From Flavobacteriaceae bacterium (GTDB lineage: Bacteria; Bacteroidota; Bacteroidia; Flavobacteriales; Weeksellaceae): a DNA stretch of 64,000 bases. The notes beneath the pieces were generated by a model. That model saw only the letters and a program-made list of their open reading frames with translations, was not told the DNA's origin and did not search any database. Position numbers and translations under genes: made by a program. Location of the stretch: NCBI GenBank assembly GCA_013333255.2, contig JABCPE020000007.1, forward strand, positions 137,300 through 201,299, read 5' to 3'. This document shows positions 8,403 to 17,404 of this stretch, piece by piece. Position 1 is the first letter of the stretch. Every line of letters starts with the position of its first letter.

Positions 8403-8870
8403 TTATTCCTGCACCACTTCCCTAATCAGCTCATACTCATAGCCTTTTGATATGAGATAGCGCACGGTTTTCATGGCTTTTTGATAGTTTTTTAGACCTT
8501 TCTGCTCGGAGAAATAGGCATTATACAGCTTTTCTATGGTCTTTTGGTAATCGGCTTCATCTATCTCGTCCATGCATTTATTGATGAGTTTTTCGGAAAC
8601 TCCTTTGAATTTCAAGTGATTTTTTATCTTTAGCCTGCCCCAGTTTTTCAGGTAAAATTTTCCTCTGATGTAGCTTCTGGCAAACCGCTCTTCATTGAGA
8701 TAATTTTCATTGATTAGATAAAGCATTATTTCATCTTTAGCCTCTGGAATCAGCAGAAAATCCTGCATTTTTTGTTCCACTTCCTGATGGCAGCGGTCTT
8801 GGTAAATGCAGTAATTTACCAGTTTTTGTTTAATCTCCTCAAAAGTGTACGATTTTCTTTTTTCTTCCAT
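8403..8870 (-). CDS. recX: Regulatory protein RecX
   Basis: 155 aa with the RecX-like three-helical-repeat pattern (YCIYQDRCHQEVEQKM ..., ERFARSYIRGKF). Confidence 0.75.
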   Translation of the reverse strand: MEEKRKSYTFEEIKQKLVNYCIYQDRCHQEVEQKMQDFLLIPEAKDEIMLYLINENYLNEERFARSYIRGKFYLKNWGRLKIKNHLKFKGVSEKLINKCMDEIDEADYQKTIEKLYNAYFSEQKGLKNYQKAMKTVRYLISKGYEYELIREVVQE

Positions 8871-8877
8871 ATCTACT

Positions 8878-8911
8878 TAAAAACTTTGCCAAAGTTATAA
8901 AACCTTGGCAA
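8878..8911 (-). terminator. Rho-independent terminator after glyA
   Basis: TTTGCCAA (8885-8892) pairs with TTGGCAAA (8904-8911). On the minus strand the hairpin is followed by GTTTTT. Confidence 0.6.
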
Positions 8912-8943
8912 AATTAAAATTTTAATGATGATTAAAAATGATT

Positions 8944-10212
8944 TTATGCATTAAACAATGCTCTTCCCTTCATCAGGTCATTTACTTTGACTTTTACTGC
9001 ATCTAGGACTTTTTCATCATTGATATTCTTTACAACTTCGTCTATCAAATCCGCGATAACTGGCATATCAGCCTCTTTCAGTCCACGAGTCGTTACCGCC
9101 GCAGTTCCTAATCTAATCCCCGAAGTGATAAACGGCGATTTGTCATCGTATGGAACCATATTTTTGTTACAAGTGATATCCGCTTTTACTAAAGCTTTTT
9201 CAGTTTCTTTTCCGTTTACTCCTTTATTTCTTAAATCAATGAGCATCAGGTGGTTATCCGTTCCACCACTTACAATATCAAAACCTCTGTCTATCATAGC
9301 CTTAGCCAATGCTTGGGAATTTGCAATAACTTGTTTAGCATACACCTCAAATTTTTGGTCAAGAGCCTCGCCATAAGCCACCGCTTTACCAGCGATTACA
9401 TGTTCCAGCGGCCCTCCCTGAATTCCTGGGAATACAGCGCCATCCAGCACGGCACTCATCATTTTAGTTTCTCCTTTTGGTGTCTTGTGTCCGTATGGAT
9501 TTTCATAATCTTTTCCAAGCATAATCATTCCTCCTCTCGGCCCTCTCAGGGTTTTGTGAGTCGTTGTAGTAACGATGTGGCAATGCTCAAAAGGCGAATT
9601 CAATAACTTTTTAGCGATAAGCCCCGCTGGGTGAGCGATATCTGCCCAAAGTGTAGCCCCTACTTCATCTGCTACTTCACGGAATTTAGCATAGTCCAAA
9701 TCTCTGGAATAAGCTGAAAATCCAGCGATTATCATTTTTGGTTTTTCTTTTAGGGCAACTTGTCTCATTTGCTCATAGTCTATTCTCCCTGACTCTCTCT
9801 CAACACCGTAAAATACAGGCCTAAAGTTAATTCCAGAGAAATTAACATGTGAACCATGCGTAAGGTGTCCACCCATAGACAAGTCCATTCCCAGCACTGT
9901 ATCACCAGGTTTCAGCACAGCCAAATATACCGCTGCATTTGCCTGAGAACCAGAGTGCGGCTGAACATTCACATAATCCACCCCGAAAAGCTGTTTTGCT
10001 CTATCTATGGCTAACTGCTCCACTTCATCCACCACTTCACAGCCGCCATAATATCTTCTCCCTGGGTAGCCTTCTGCGTATTTGTTCGTAAGAACGCTGC
10101 CCATAGCTTTCATAACATCATCAGAAACGAAATTCTCAGAAGCGATAAGCTCTATACCATTCGTTTGTCTTTGTCTTTCTTTTTCGATTAATTCAAATAT
10201 AATATCTTGCAT
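8944..10212 (-). CDS. glyA: Serine hydroxymethyltransferase
   Basis: [23 protein letters not shown], and [14 protein letters not shown] (PLP lysine motif). The ORF is open to 10230, but [16 protein letters not shown] at 10212 is the usual N-terminus. Confidence 0.97.
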   Translation of the reverse strand: MQDIIFELIEKERQRQTNGIELIASENFVSDDVMKAMGSVLTNKYAEGYPGRRYYGGCEVVDEVEQLAIDRAKQLFGVDYVNVQPHSGSQANAAVYLAVLKPGDTVLGMDLSMGGHLTHGSHVNFSGINFRPVFYGVERESGRIDYEQMRQVALKEKPKMIIAGFSAYSRDLDYAKFREVADEVGATLWADIAHPAGLIAKKLLNSPFEHCHIVTTTTHKTLRGPRGGMIMLGKDYENPYGHKTPKGETKMMSAVLDGAVFPGIQGGPLEHVIAGKAVAYGEALDQKFEVYAKQVIANSQALAKAMIDRGFDIVSGGTDNHLMLIDLRNKGVNGKETEKALVKADITCNKNMVPYDDKSPFITSGIRLGTAAVTTRGLKEADMPVIADLIDEVVKNINDEKVLDAVKVKVNDLMKGRALFNA

Positions 10213-10243
10213 TGGAATAATTTTTGTCAAATTTAATTAAAAT

Positions 10244-11770
10244 TTATTTCAAATCATCATAATTTATAGTATTTAAGTCTAATCTTAAATATTTTCCTGT
10301 GTTATCTATTGTTTTAGAATTTTTTGTTCCCATAAGCTCTAAAACTTTAGAATAAACTGTGGTAATGGAAGTTGGCTCCTCTATTTTCTGTCCTTTTTTA
10401 TCTGTATTCATAGACGGAGAAAACCATATAAAATATGGCACTTGTACAGCTTCTTTATAATCGCCATGCTTATAGACCTCGTTTTCTTTAATCTGTCCAT
10501 GGTCAGAAAAATAAACTAAAACAGAGTTTTTATCCTTAAGCTGCTCAAAAATTTGCCCAATAAGTTTATCCGTATATCTTATAGAATTATCATAGCATTC
10601 ATCTATGCCTCCCTCCCATACAGCTTCTTTAGGTGGGTATTTGTCACATGCATAAGGGTGGCTTCCATTGATATGGAGTACTATCAGTTTTTTAGGAGAA
10701 GTGTCTTTTAAGGCTTCTTTTAAATAAGGAATGACAGCTTCATCATATCCATTAAGGAATTTTTTATTTCTAGAAAAAGTAGCAATCGCTGTAATCCCTA
10801 GAGCTCCACCTTGCGTACTGTACCAGTAAGTATTATATCCCGCATGATTAGCAGCATTTACTATATTATCACTAAGTTTTTTTAATTCTTTTTGATAATT
10901 ATCAATATCAATGTTACTCAAAACTATGGGAACAGACATATTAGTAATAGCTGCTGGAGAATATGCATTCTGATAAAGCAGCATATTGTTTCTCTCGGCA
11001 ACTTCATTAGGAGTAGTTTCTCTCTGGTAGCCATATAGAGACATATTTTGCTTCCTTACAGACTCACCTATTAGGACTACAATATTTTCTACAGACTGTT
11101 CTCCTGTTGGTATCAAATTATAACTAACCTTTGTATTTATTGTTTCATTCAAGTTTTTTTTCAATACTTGTGCAGCAACAAAATCCGAATAATGATATAT
11201 TGCATTTTTTACCATCAGACCTCCACCTTTATTCTTTATATATTTATGTTTAATAAAAAATAAAAATGGGAAAACAATCCATATAAAAGAAAAAGCAATC
11301 AAGAATTTATTTCTTACAGGACTCTTATCTATAATCTTACTTCCACCTATAAAGATAAACAGTAAAATAATAAAGAATATGATTGTAGCAATAATTGGTA
11401 AAACCAATGTCTTGACCATACTGAGACTTTCAGAAACATTTGTCTCCAAAATACTGAGTGTCATACCTACATTAAATCCTTCTTTGTAAATAAAAAAACA
11501 AGAAGCTGAAAGCATGAAATTAAGACTCAATAAAAGTAATAGTAAGTAAGCTATGCTTCTTAAAAATTTGTTTTTTCTTAAAAATAGTACGCAAAAATAC
11601 AGAAGCGATAAAAACATCAGAGAATACTCTATGATATTCCTTGCTGTGTCTATCTTTGCTCCTTTGCTCCTTTCAAAATCTAACAAATATGGGAAAGATG
11701 AAAGAAGTCCTACCACATATAAGAGCCAACCAATGATAATATAAATAAGTACACTTTTCTTTGAAAACAT
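10244..11770 (-). CDS. Phosphoethanolamine transferase (EptA/sulfatase family)
   Basis: Five N-terminal TM segments, then a sulfatase-type domain (VVLIGESVRKQNMSLYGYQRETTPN, HINGSHPYACDKYP, YFSDHG). Confidence 0.85.
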   Translation of the reverse strand: MFSKKSVLIYIIIGWLLYVVGLLSSFPYLLDFERSKGAKIDTARNIIEYSLMFLSLLYFCVLFLRKNKFLRSIAYLLLLLLSLNFMLSASCFFIYKEGFNVGMTLSILETNVSESLSMVKTLVLPIIATIIFFIILLFIFIGGSKIIDKSPVRNKFLIAFSFIWIVFPFLFFIKHKYIKNKGGGLMVKNAIYHYSDFVAAQVLKKNLNETINTKVSYNLIPTGEQSVENIVVLIGESVRKQNMSLYGYQRETTPNEVAERNNMLLYQNAYSPAAITNMSVPIVLSNIDIDNYQKELKKLSDNIVNAANHAGYNTYWYSTQGGALGITAIATFSRNKKFLNGYDEAVIPYLKEALKDTSPKKLIVLHINGSHPYACDKYPPKEAVWEGGIDECYDNSIRYTDKLIGQIFEQLKDKNSVLVYFSDHGQIKENEVYKHGDYKEAVQVPYFIWFSPSMNTDKKGQKIEEPTSITTVYSKVLELMGTKNSKTIDNTGKYLRLDLNTINYDDLK

Positions 11771-11773
11771 TTT

Positions 11774-13060
11774 CTAAAAAATTTCTTTTCTTATAATATT
11801 TTGCGAACGCTCTGGCCCCACAGATACCAAATAAACATTGATACCCAAATACTGTTCTATAAATTCTATGTATTTTTTTGCATTCTCTGGAAGTTCCTCA
11901 TAGCATCTCACCTTTGTGATGTCTTCTTCCCAGCCTTTTAGTTCTTCGTAAATAGGCTCATAATCATAGAGTTTGGTCGTAGAAGAAGTGAAATAATCTA
12001 TGATTTTCCCGTCTTCTGTACGGTATTTTGTAGCTATTTTCAGAGTATCTATCCCTGTGAGAACATCTAGTTTAGTGATTACCAGATTATTAATCCCGTT
12101 AATCATACAAGCATGTTTCAGCGAAACCAAATCCAGCCAGCCTGTTCTTCTCGGTCTGCCTGTTGTCGCCCCAAATTCATGTCCTATTTGTCTTATTTTT
12201 TCTCCTAAATCATCATTTAGTTCCGTAGGAAAAGGACCATTCCCTACCCTTGTAGTGTAGGCTTTGGCAACTCCGATGAGATTTTGTAGAGCCGTAGGAG
12301 GAACTCCTGCACCGCTACAAACTCCCCCTGTGGAAGGCGATGAGGAAGTCACATAAGGATATGTTCCGAAATCAATATCCAACATCAGCGCTTGCGCCCC
12401 TTCGAAAAGGATATTTTTGCCGTTTTTTATAGCTTCATTGATTTCTATTTCCGTGTCGATGATTCGGTCTTTTAACTTTTGACCAATGGCTAAAAATTCA
12501 TTGTAAATTTCATCAAAACTAAGTGTAGGTTTTTCGAAATATTTCTCAAATAAAGCATTCTTTATTTTAAGATTTTTCTCTATTTTTTCTCTCAAAACCT
12601 CAGGATTTAGAAGGTCTATCATCCTAATGCCCACTCGTGCGATTTTGTCTTCGTAGCAAGGACCGATACCCTTTTTAGTCGTACCAATCTGCGTTCCGCC
12701 CTGTTCTTCCTCTCTATAAGTATCCAGAAGGATATGATAAGGCATGATAACATGCGCTCTTCGGCTGATGAATATATGGTCGGTTCTTCCGCCTTTTTCC
12801 TCTAATTTTTCCACCTCCGAGATAAAGGCTTTCGGATCTACCACCACTCCATTTGCGATGATGCATTTCCCTTTGCATTGGAGAACACCAGACGGCAGTA
12901 GATGAAGAACGAATTTCTCATCTCCCACATACACCGTGTGTCCAGCATTATTCCCACCCTGATAGCGGACTACATAATCAGATTTTGCGGAAAGAACATC
13001 CGTAATCTTTCCTTTTCCTTCGTCTCCGTACTGAAGACCAACAACTACATAAGTTGACAT
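11774..13060 (-). CDS. purA: Adenylosuccinate synthase
   Basis: GLQYGDEGKGKITD, GGNNAGHTV, GTTKKGIGPCYEDK, GATTGRPRRTGWLD. Confidence 0.97.
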   Translation of the reverse strand: MSTYVVVGLQYGDEGKGKITDVLSAKSDYVVRYQGGNNAGHTVYVGDEKFVLHLLPSGVLQCKGKCIIANGVVVDPKAFISEVEKLEEKGGRTDHIFISRRAHVIMPYHILLDTYREEEQGGTQIGTTKKGIGPCYEDKIARVGIRMIDLLNPEVLREKIEKNLKIKNALFEKYFEKPTLSFDEIYNEFLAIGQKLKDRIIDTEIEINEAIKNGKNILFEGAQALMLDIDFGTYPYVTSSSPSTGGVCSGAGVPPTALQNLIGVAKAYTTRVGNGPFPTELNDDLGEKIRQIGHEFGATTGRPRRTGWLDLVSLKHACMINGINNLVITKLDVLTGIDTLKIATKYRTEDGKIIDYFTSSTTKLYDYEPIYEELKGWEEDITKVRCYEELPENAKKYIEFIEQYLGINVYLVSVGPERSQNIIRKEIF

Positions 13061-13198
13061 AATTATTTGTTTTTATTGTAATGTGACAAATTTAATTTAT
13101 AATTTTTTCTAAAACAAATATTCTTTTCATTTAATGCAGTAAAGTTGATTTATCAAAATTTAATCTTGATTTATAACATATACAAACAATAAAATTCT

Positions 13199-13206
13199 TA
13201 TTTTTG
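13199..13206 (+). promoter_or_regulatory. Candidate -7 box (TATTTTTG)
   Basis: Matches TAnnTTTG, 14 nt upstream of the hpt ATG. Confidence 0.4.
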
Positions 13207-13220
13207 CATTTTGGAAAGAT

Positions 13221-13778
13221 ATGAGCAGTATTACAATTCATGACAAACATTTCGTTCCTTATCTCACCAATGAGGAATTGCAGAAAGCGATAAAAGACCT
13301 TGCAGAAAAGGTTTACGAAGACTACAAAGATGAAGTTCCTGTGTTTATCGGAGTACTGAATGGCGTTTTTATGTTTTTTTCAGACTTTATGAAATATTAC
13401 CCAGGAAGATGCGAGGTAGCCTTTTTACAAGTAAGTTCTTACAATGGCGGACTTCAGTCTACAGGTATAGTTTATAAAAAAATGGACTTAACCAAAGATG
13501 TAGAGGGCAGACACATCATCCTGATGGAGGACATCGTAGATACAGGAAATACGATAGAAAGTCTTTTGGAATATTTCAAAAACACACACCGTCCGAAATC
13601 CCTAAAAATAGCTTCTCTGCTGCTAAAACCAGAAGTTTTCAAGAAAAATTTCCCAGTTGATTATGTAGCAAAAGAAATTCCTAATAAATTCGTGCTCGGC
13701 TACGGATTAGACTATGATGAGCTTGGAAGGAACCTTCCAGACCTCTACCAGCTCGAAGAAGGAAGAATCAACCACTAA
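13221..13778 (+). CDS. hpt: Hypoxanthine phosphoribosyltransferase
   Basis: PRPP-binding motif HIILMEDIVDTGNT, plus LGYGLDYDELGRNLPD. Confidence 0.93.
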   Translation: MSSITIHDKHFVPYLTNEELQKAIKDLAEKVYEDYKDEVPVFIGVLNGVFMFFSDFMKYYPGRCEVAFLQVSSYNGGLQSTGIVYKKMDLTKDVEGRHIILMEDIVDTGNTIESLLEYFKNTHRPKSLKIASLLLKPEVFKKNFPVDYVAKEIPNKFVLGYGLDYDELGRNLPDLYQLEEGRINH

Positions 13779-13799
13779 AAAATAATAACTCTTCATAAA

Positions 13800-14378
13800 A
13801 TGATAAATATCGTACTCTTTGGGCCTCCAGGAAGTGGTAAAGGCACTCAGGCTCAGAATTTAATACAGAAATTCAACTTGAAACAAATCTCCACAGGAGA
13901 CCTTTTCAGACATAATATCAAGAATGAAACTGAACTTGGTAAATTAGCCAAATCCTACATGGACAAAGGAGAACTTGTTCCAGACCAAGTTACCATCGAT
14001 ATGCTTATCGATGAACTTAAAAAACCAACTGATGCTCAAGGGTTTATCTTCGATGGATTTCCAAGAACGGCATTCCAGACCGAAGCCTTGGAAGGAATCG
14101 TAAAAGATGTACTGAACGACCAGATTGACATTTGTCTTTCCCTCGTTGTAGAAGATGAAATCTTGGTAAAAAGGCTTTTGGAACGCGGTAAAACCAGTGG
14201 TAGAAGTGATGATGCTGATGAAAACATCATCCGAAACCGAATAAAAGAATACTACACTAAAACTGCCGAAGTTGCTGAACTTTACAAAAAACAAGGCAAA
14301 TATGTAGAAGTGAACGGCGTAGGAGAAATCGCAGAAATCGCAGAAAAACTCTACACAGAAGTAGAAAAAATCAAATAA
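13800..14378 (+). CDS. adk: Adenylate kinase
   Basis: P-loop GPPGSGKGTQ, GDLFR, FDGFPRT. Confidence 0.96.
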   Translation: MINIVLFGPPGSGKGTQAQNLIQKFNLKQISTGDLFRHNIKNETELGKLAKSYMDKGELVPDQVTIDMLIDELKKPTDAQGFIFDGFPRTAFQTEALEGIVKDVLNDQIDICLSLVVEDEILVKRLLERGKTSGRSDDADENIIRNRIKEYYTKTAEVAELYKKQGKYVEVNGVGEIAEIAEKLYTEVEKIK

Positions 14379-14386
14379 ACTAAATA

Positions 14387-14418
14387 AAGGCTTTCAACAA
14401 AAATTGGAAGCCTTTTTT
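14387..14418 (+). terminator. Rho-independent terminator after adk
   Basis: AAGGCTT (14387-14393) pairs with AAGCCTT (14408-14414), followed by a T run. Confidence 0.65.
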
Positions 14419-14455
14419 ATATTGCCTATTTTCAGAAGTTTATCAATTTAATTTT

Positions 14456-14463
14456 TATCTTTG
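14456..14463 (+). promoter_or_regulatory. Candidate -7 box (TATCTTTG) for obg
   Basis: Matches TAnnTTTG. It lies within the 20-mer TTTTTATCTTTGCAGTTGGT that is shared with the ychF upstream region. Confidence 0.45.
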
Positions 14464-14468
14464 CAGTT

Positions 14469-14489
14469 GGTTTGAAAAATTTTCAAACC
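14469..14489 (+). other. Perfect 10-bp-arm palindrome/hairpin in the obg leader
   Basis: GGTTTGAAAA A TTTTCAAACC, read directly. Confidence 0.8.
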
Positions 14490-14512
14490 TAAAACATTTC
14501 AAAAAAATATCT

Positions 14513-15496
14513 ATGTCAAATTTTGTAGATTATGTTAAAATCCACTGCCAGTCGGGGCATGGTGGTGCAGGTTCGGCTCATCTTAGAAGAGAAAAATATA
14601 TAGCAAAAGGCGGCCCTGATGGCGGCGATGGAGGGCGTGGCGGTCATGTCATCATGAAAGGAAATGCACAGGAATGGACACTTCTTCCGCTTCGGTATAC
14701 CCGCCACATAAAGGCAGAAAACGGACAACCTGGGGGCAAAAACCAGCTCACTGGGCGTTTCGGCGAGGATGTCTATATCGAGGTGCCTGTGGGAACGGTT
14801 GCACGAAATGAAAACGGCGAAATATTAGGCGAAATATTAGAACACGGACAAGAAATCATCCTGATGAAGGGTGGAAAGGGAGGTCTTGGGAATGAGCATT
14901 TTAAATCTGCTACCAATCAGACTCCTCGCTACGCACAGCCTGGGCTTCCTGGGGAGGAAGGCTACATCATCTTTGAGCTGAAAGTCCTTGCAGATGTAGG
15001 TTTAGTTGGCTTTCCTAACGCTGGTAAATCCACGCTTTTATCCGTGGTTTCGGCAGCAAAACCAAAAATTGCAGATTATGCCTTCACTACACTCACACCC
15101 AATTTGGGAATCGTAGAATACAGAAATTACAAATCCTTTGTAATGGCGGATATCCCAGGGATTATAGAAGGTGCAGCAGAAGGAAGAGGTCTAGGACACA
15201 GGTTTTTGAGACATATTGAACGAAATTCCATTCTTTTATTCCTTATCCCAGCAGATTCCAAAAATCATTATGAAGAGTTTAAAATTTTGGAAAACGAATT
15301 AAAAGAATACAATCCAGAACTTTTAGATAAAGATTTCATCGTATCTGTTTCAAAATCAGACCTTTTGGATGATGAATTAAAGGCCGAAATTTCAGCAGAA
15401 TTTCCAGAAAAATACAAACCTTTGTTCTTCTCTGGAGTTACGCAGGAGGGGCTTATGGAGCTTAAAGATGTGATTTGGAAACACTTACATGGATAA
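14513..15496 (+). CDS. obgE: GTPase Obg/CgtA
   Basis: Glycine-rich Obg fold ([12 protein letters not shown]) plus a GTPase domain ([22 protein letters not shown]). Confidence 0.96.
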   Translation: MSNFVDYVKIHCQSGHGGAGSAHLRREKYIAKGGPDGGDGGRGGHVIMKGNAQEWTLLPLRYTRHIKAENGQPGGKNQLTGRFGEDVYIEVPVGTVARNENGEILGEILEHGQEIILMKGGKGGLGNEHFKSATNQTPRYAQPGLPGEEGYIIFELKVLADVGLVGFPNAGKSTLLSVVSAAKPKIADYAFTTLTPNLGIVEYRNYKSFVMADIPGIIEGAAEGRGLGHRFLRHIERNSILLFLIPADSKNHYEEFKILENELKEYNPELLDKDFIVSVSKSDLLDDELKAEISAEFPEKYKPLFFSGVTQEGLMELKDVIWKHLHG

Positions 15497-16505
15497 AATT
15501 ATGCAGGAAGAAATCCAAACTTACACCGCAAAAGATTTTGCATCAGACCAAGAGGTAAAATGGTGCCCTGGCTGCGGCGATTATTCTATTTTAAAGCAGG
15601 TTCAGAGCATTCTCCCAGAAATCGGTATCAAGAGGGAAAATATGGTTTTCGTGTCAGGAATCGGCTGTTCATCGCGGTTCCCTTACTATATGAACACCTA
15701 CGGTATCCATAGTATCCATGGGCGTGCGCCTGCGGTGGCTACGGGCATCAAACTGGCTAACCCTGAGCTGAATGTATGGATCATCACGGGAGATGGCGAT
15801 GGGCTGAGCATCGGTGGAAACCACTTTATACACCTGATGAGGAGGAATTTAGATGTGAATATCCTTCTTTTCAATAATGAAATCTATGGGCTGACCAAAG
15901 GGCAATTTTCACCAACTTCCCAGCTTGGTCTAAAAACTAAATCTTCACCTTTTGGGGTGATAGACCAGCCTTTTAATCCGCTGAGTCTTGCCTTGGGGAG
16001 CGGAGCTACATTTGTTTCGCGAACGCTGGACAGAGAGCCGAAAAGCCTTCGAGAGGTGCTTCTGGAAGCACAGAAACATAAAGGGACTTCTTTTGTGGAA
16101 ATTTACCAAAATTGTGTGATTTTCAACGATGGAGTTTTTGATGAATTTACCAATAAAGCCACCAAAGAAGAGACTAATCTCTATCTGGAAAACGGAAAAC
16201 CTTTGAAATTCGGAAAAGATTTATCCAAAGGAATTATTTTAGAGAATTTTGAGCCAAAAATCATTGATATTACGGAAGATACCGATGAATCGAAGCTTTG
16301 GATACATGATGAAACTTCTATCCTGAAAGCCCAGATTTTGGCAAGGTTTAATTTTGATGAAGAATTTTCTGATTTTCCACGCCCTTTTGGTGTTTTTTAC
16401 AAAAAAAATAGAGCTTCTTACGAAGAAACTTTTACCAATCAAGTGGAAAAAAACAAGCCAGATATGCAGCAAATTCTGAACGGAAATATCACATGGACAG
16501 TTTAA
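15489..16505 (+). CDS. korB: 2-oxoacid:ferredoxin oxidoreductase beta (TPP-binding) subunit, KorB-like
   Basis: [22 protein letters not shown], and [16 protein letters not shown] (TPP motif). An alternative start is at 15501 (MQEEIQ). Confidence 0.88.
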   Translation: MDKIMQEEIQTYTAKDFASDQEVKWCPGCGDYSILKQVQSILPEIGIKRENMVFVSGIGCSSRFPYYMNTYGIHSIHGRAPAVATGIKLANPELNVWIITGDGDGLSIGGNHFIHLMRRNLDVNILLFNNEIYGLTKGQFSPTSQLGLKTKSSPFGVIDQPFNPLSLALGSGATFVSRTLDREPKSLREVLLEAQKHKGTSFVEIYQNCVIFNDGVFDEFTNKATKEETNLYLENGKPLKFGKDLSKGIILENFEPKIIDITEDTDESKLWIHDETSILKAQILARFNFDEEFSDFPRPFGVFYKKNRASYEETFTNQVEKNKPDMQQILNGNITWTV

Positions 16506-16518
16506 TTTATATCAAAAA

Positions 16519-17367
16519 ATGGAACGAGTAGCATTTATCATCAATCCTTTCTCCGCGAAAAAAGAATACAAACCTTTCGTAAATGATTTAGAAAAAAAGG
16601 TGGAAAAGCCATTTTATCTCATTTCTAAATCGATAGAGGACACTTTTTCTTTTATAGAAAATAATATGGACAAGGTGGATATTTTCGTGGCTGTGGGCGG
16701 CGATGGGACGATATCTACAGTGGCTCAGAAGCTTATCAACACGGATAAAATTCTCGGAATATTCCCAGCTGGTTCTGGAAATGGTTTTGCGAATGAGAAC
16801 CATTTTTCTAAAAATATAGATACTCTTCTTTCTAAAATTAAAAATAGAAAACACAGAGAAATAGATACTTTTACTATCAATGACAAGCTGTCTATCAATC
16901 TTTCTGGAGCGGGATTTGATGGCGAGGTCGCGAAGAATTTTGAGAAAACCAGCCGTGGTTTTGCGAATTATATCAAGACCTCTATCAGCACATTTTTTAA
17001 GTTTAAACCTATCAATATCAGTTTTGAGGAGAAATATAAATCCTACAATGGTGAATATCTGATGATGAACCTTGCGAATACCAGACAGTTCGGAAATAAT
17101 GCCTATATCGCGCCACAGGCGCTGGTAACGGATGGCTTGGTAGATGTGGTTTTGGTGAAAAAATTCCCTGTGTGGTATGCGGCTCCATTTGCATTGAAAA
17201 TGTTCGCAAAAACCTTGAAACAAGATAAATATTTGACTTATTTCACTTGTTCAGAACTAGAGTTTTCATTGGATACAGACACTTGGCACATAGATGGCGA
17301 ATACAACCAGATTTCCTCTCCTGTGAAAGTGAAAGTCCTTCCTAAAAGTCTGAAAATTTTAATTTAA
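16519..17367 (+). CDS. Diacylglycerol/lipid kinase family protein (YegS/LCB5-like)
   Basis: VAVGGDGTISTVAQ, and GIFPAGSGNGFA. Confidence 0.85.
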   Translation: MERVAFIINPFSAKKEYKPFVNDLEKKVEKPFYLISKSIEDTFSFIENNMDKVDIFVAVGGDGTISTVAQKLINTDKILGIFPAGSGNGFANENHFSKNIDTLLSKIKNRKHREIDTFTINDKLSINLSGAGFDGEVAKNFEKTSRGFANYIKTSISTFFKFKPINISFEEKYKSYNGEYLMMNLANTRQFGNNAYIAPQALVTDGLVDVVLVKKFPVWYAAPFALKMFAKTLKQDKYLTYFTCSELEFSLDTDTWHIDGEYNQISSPVKVKVLPKSLKILI

Positions 17368-17375
17368 AAAAATAA

Positions 17376-17404
17376 AAATCTCCCAAATTTGGGAGATTTC
17401 TTTT
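17376..17404. terminator. Bidirectional rho-independent terminator
   Basis: AAATCTCCCA (17376-17385) pairs with TGGGAGATTT (17390-17399). A/T runs on both sides. It lies between convergent genes. Confidence 0.85.

Noticed and set aside
11154-11161. Homopolymer tracts as phase-variation switches: T8/A8 in the PEtN-transferase gene, A9 at 1916-1924 near the end of the DUF4304-like gene, and T9 at 63107-63115 upstream of speA
   Set aside because: The tracts are short for efficient slippage and are common in a genome this AT-rich. The A9 tract would alter only the last three codons. There is no supporting evidence without population data.
15489-15500. The 8-nt overlap of the obg stop and korB start as a possible programmed coupling or frameshift site
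   Set aside because: An in-frame ATG at 15501 (MQEEIQ) gives an equally good KorB N-terminus without an overlap. There is no slippery sequence.
16588-17223. 211-aa ORF antisense to the lipid kinase gene. The same applies to similar long antisense or alternative-frame ORFs in the track: 2623-2967, 8987-9376, 9250-9606, 19554-20129, 21661-22158, 25675-26037, 28287-28691, 35122-35466, 45795-46163, 49910-50287, 59331-59597, 60175-60582, 61848-62192, and others.
   Set aside because: Each lies entirely inside a well-supported gene on the opposite strand or in another frame. Their translations are low-complexity or Cys/Arg/Ser-rich nonsense with no motifs. In AT-rich genomes, long stop-free antisense frames are expected by chance.
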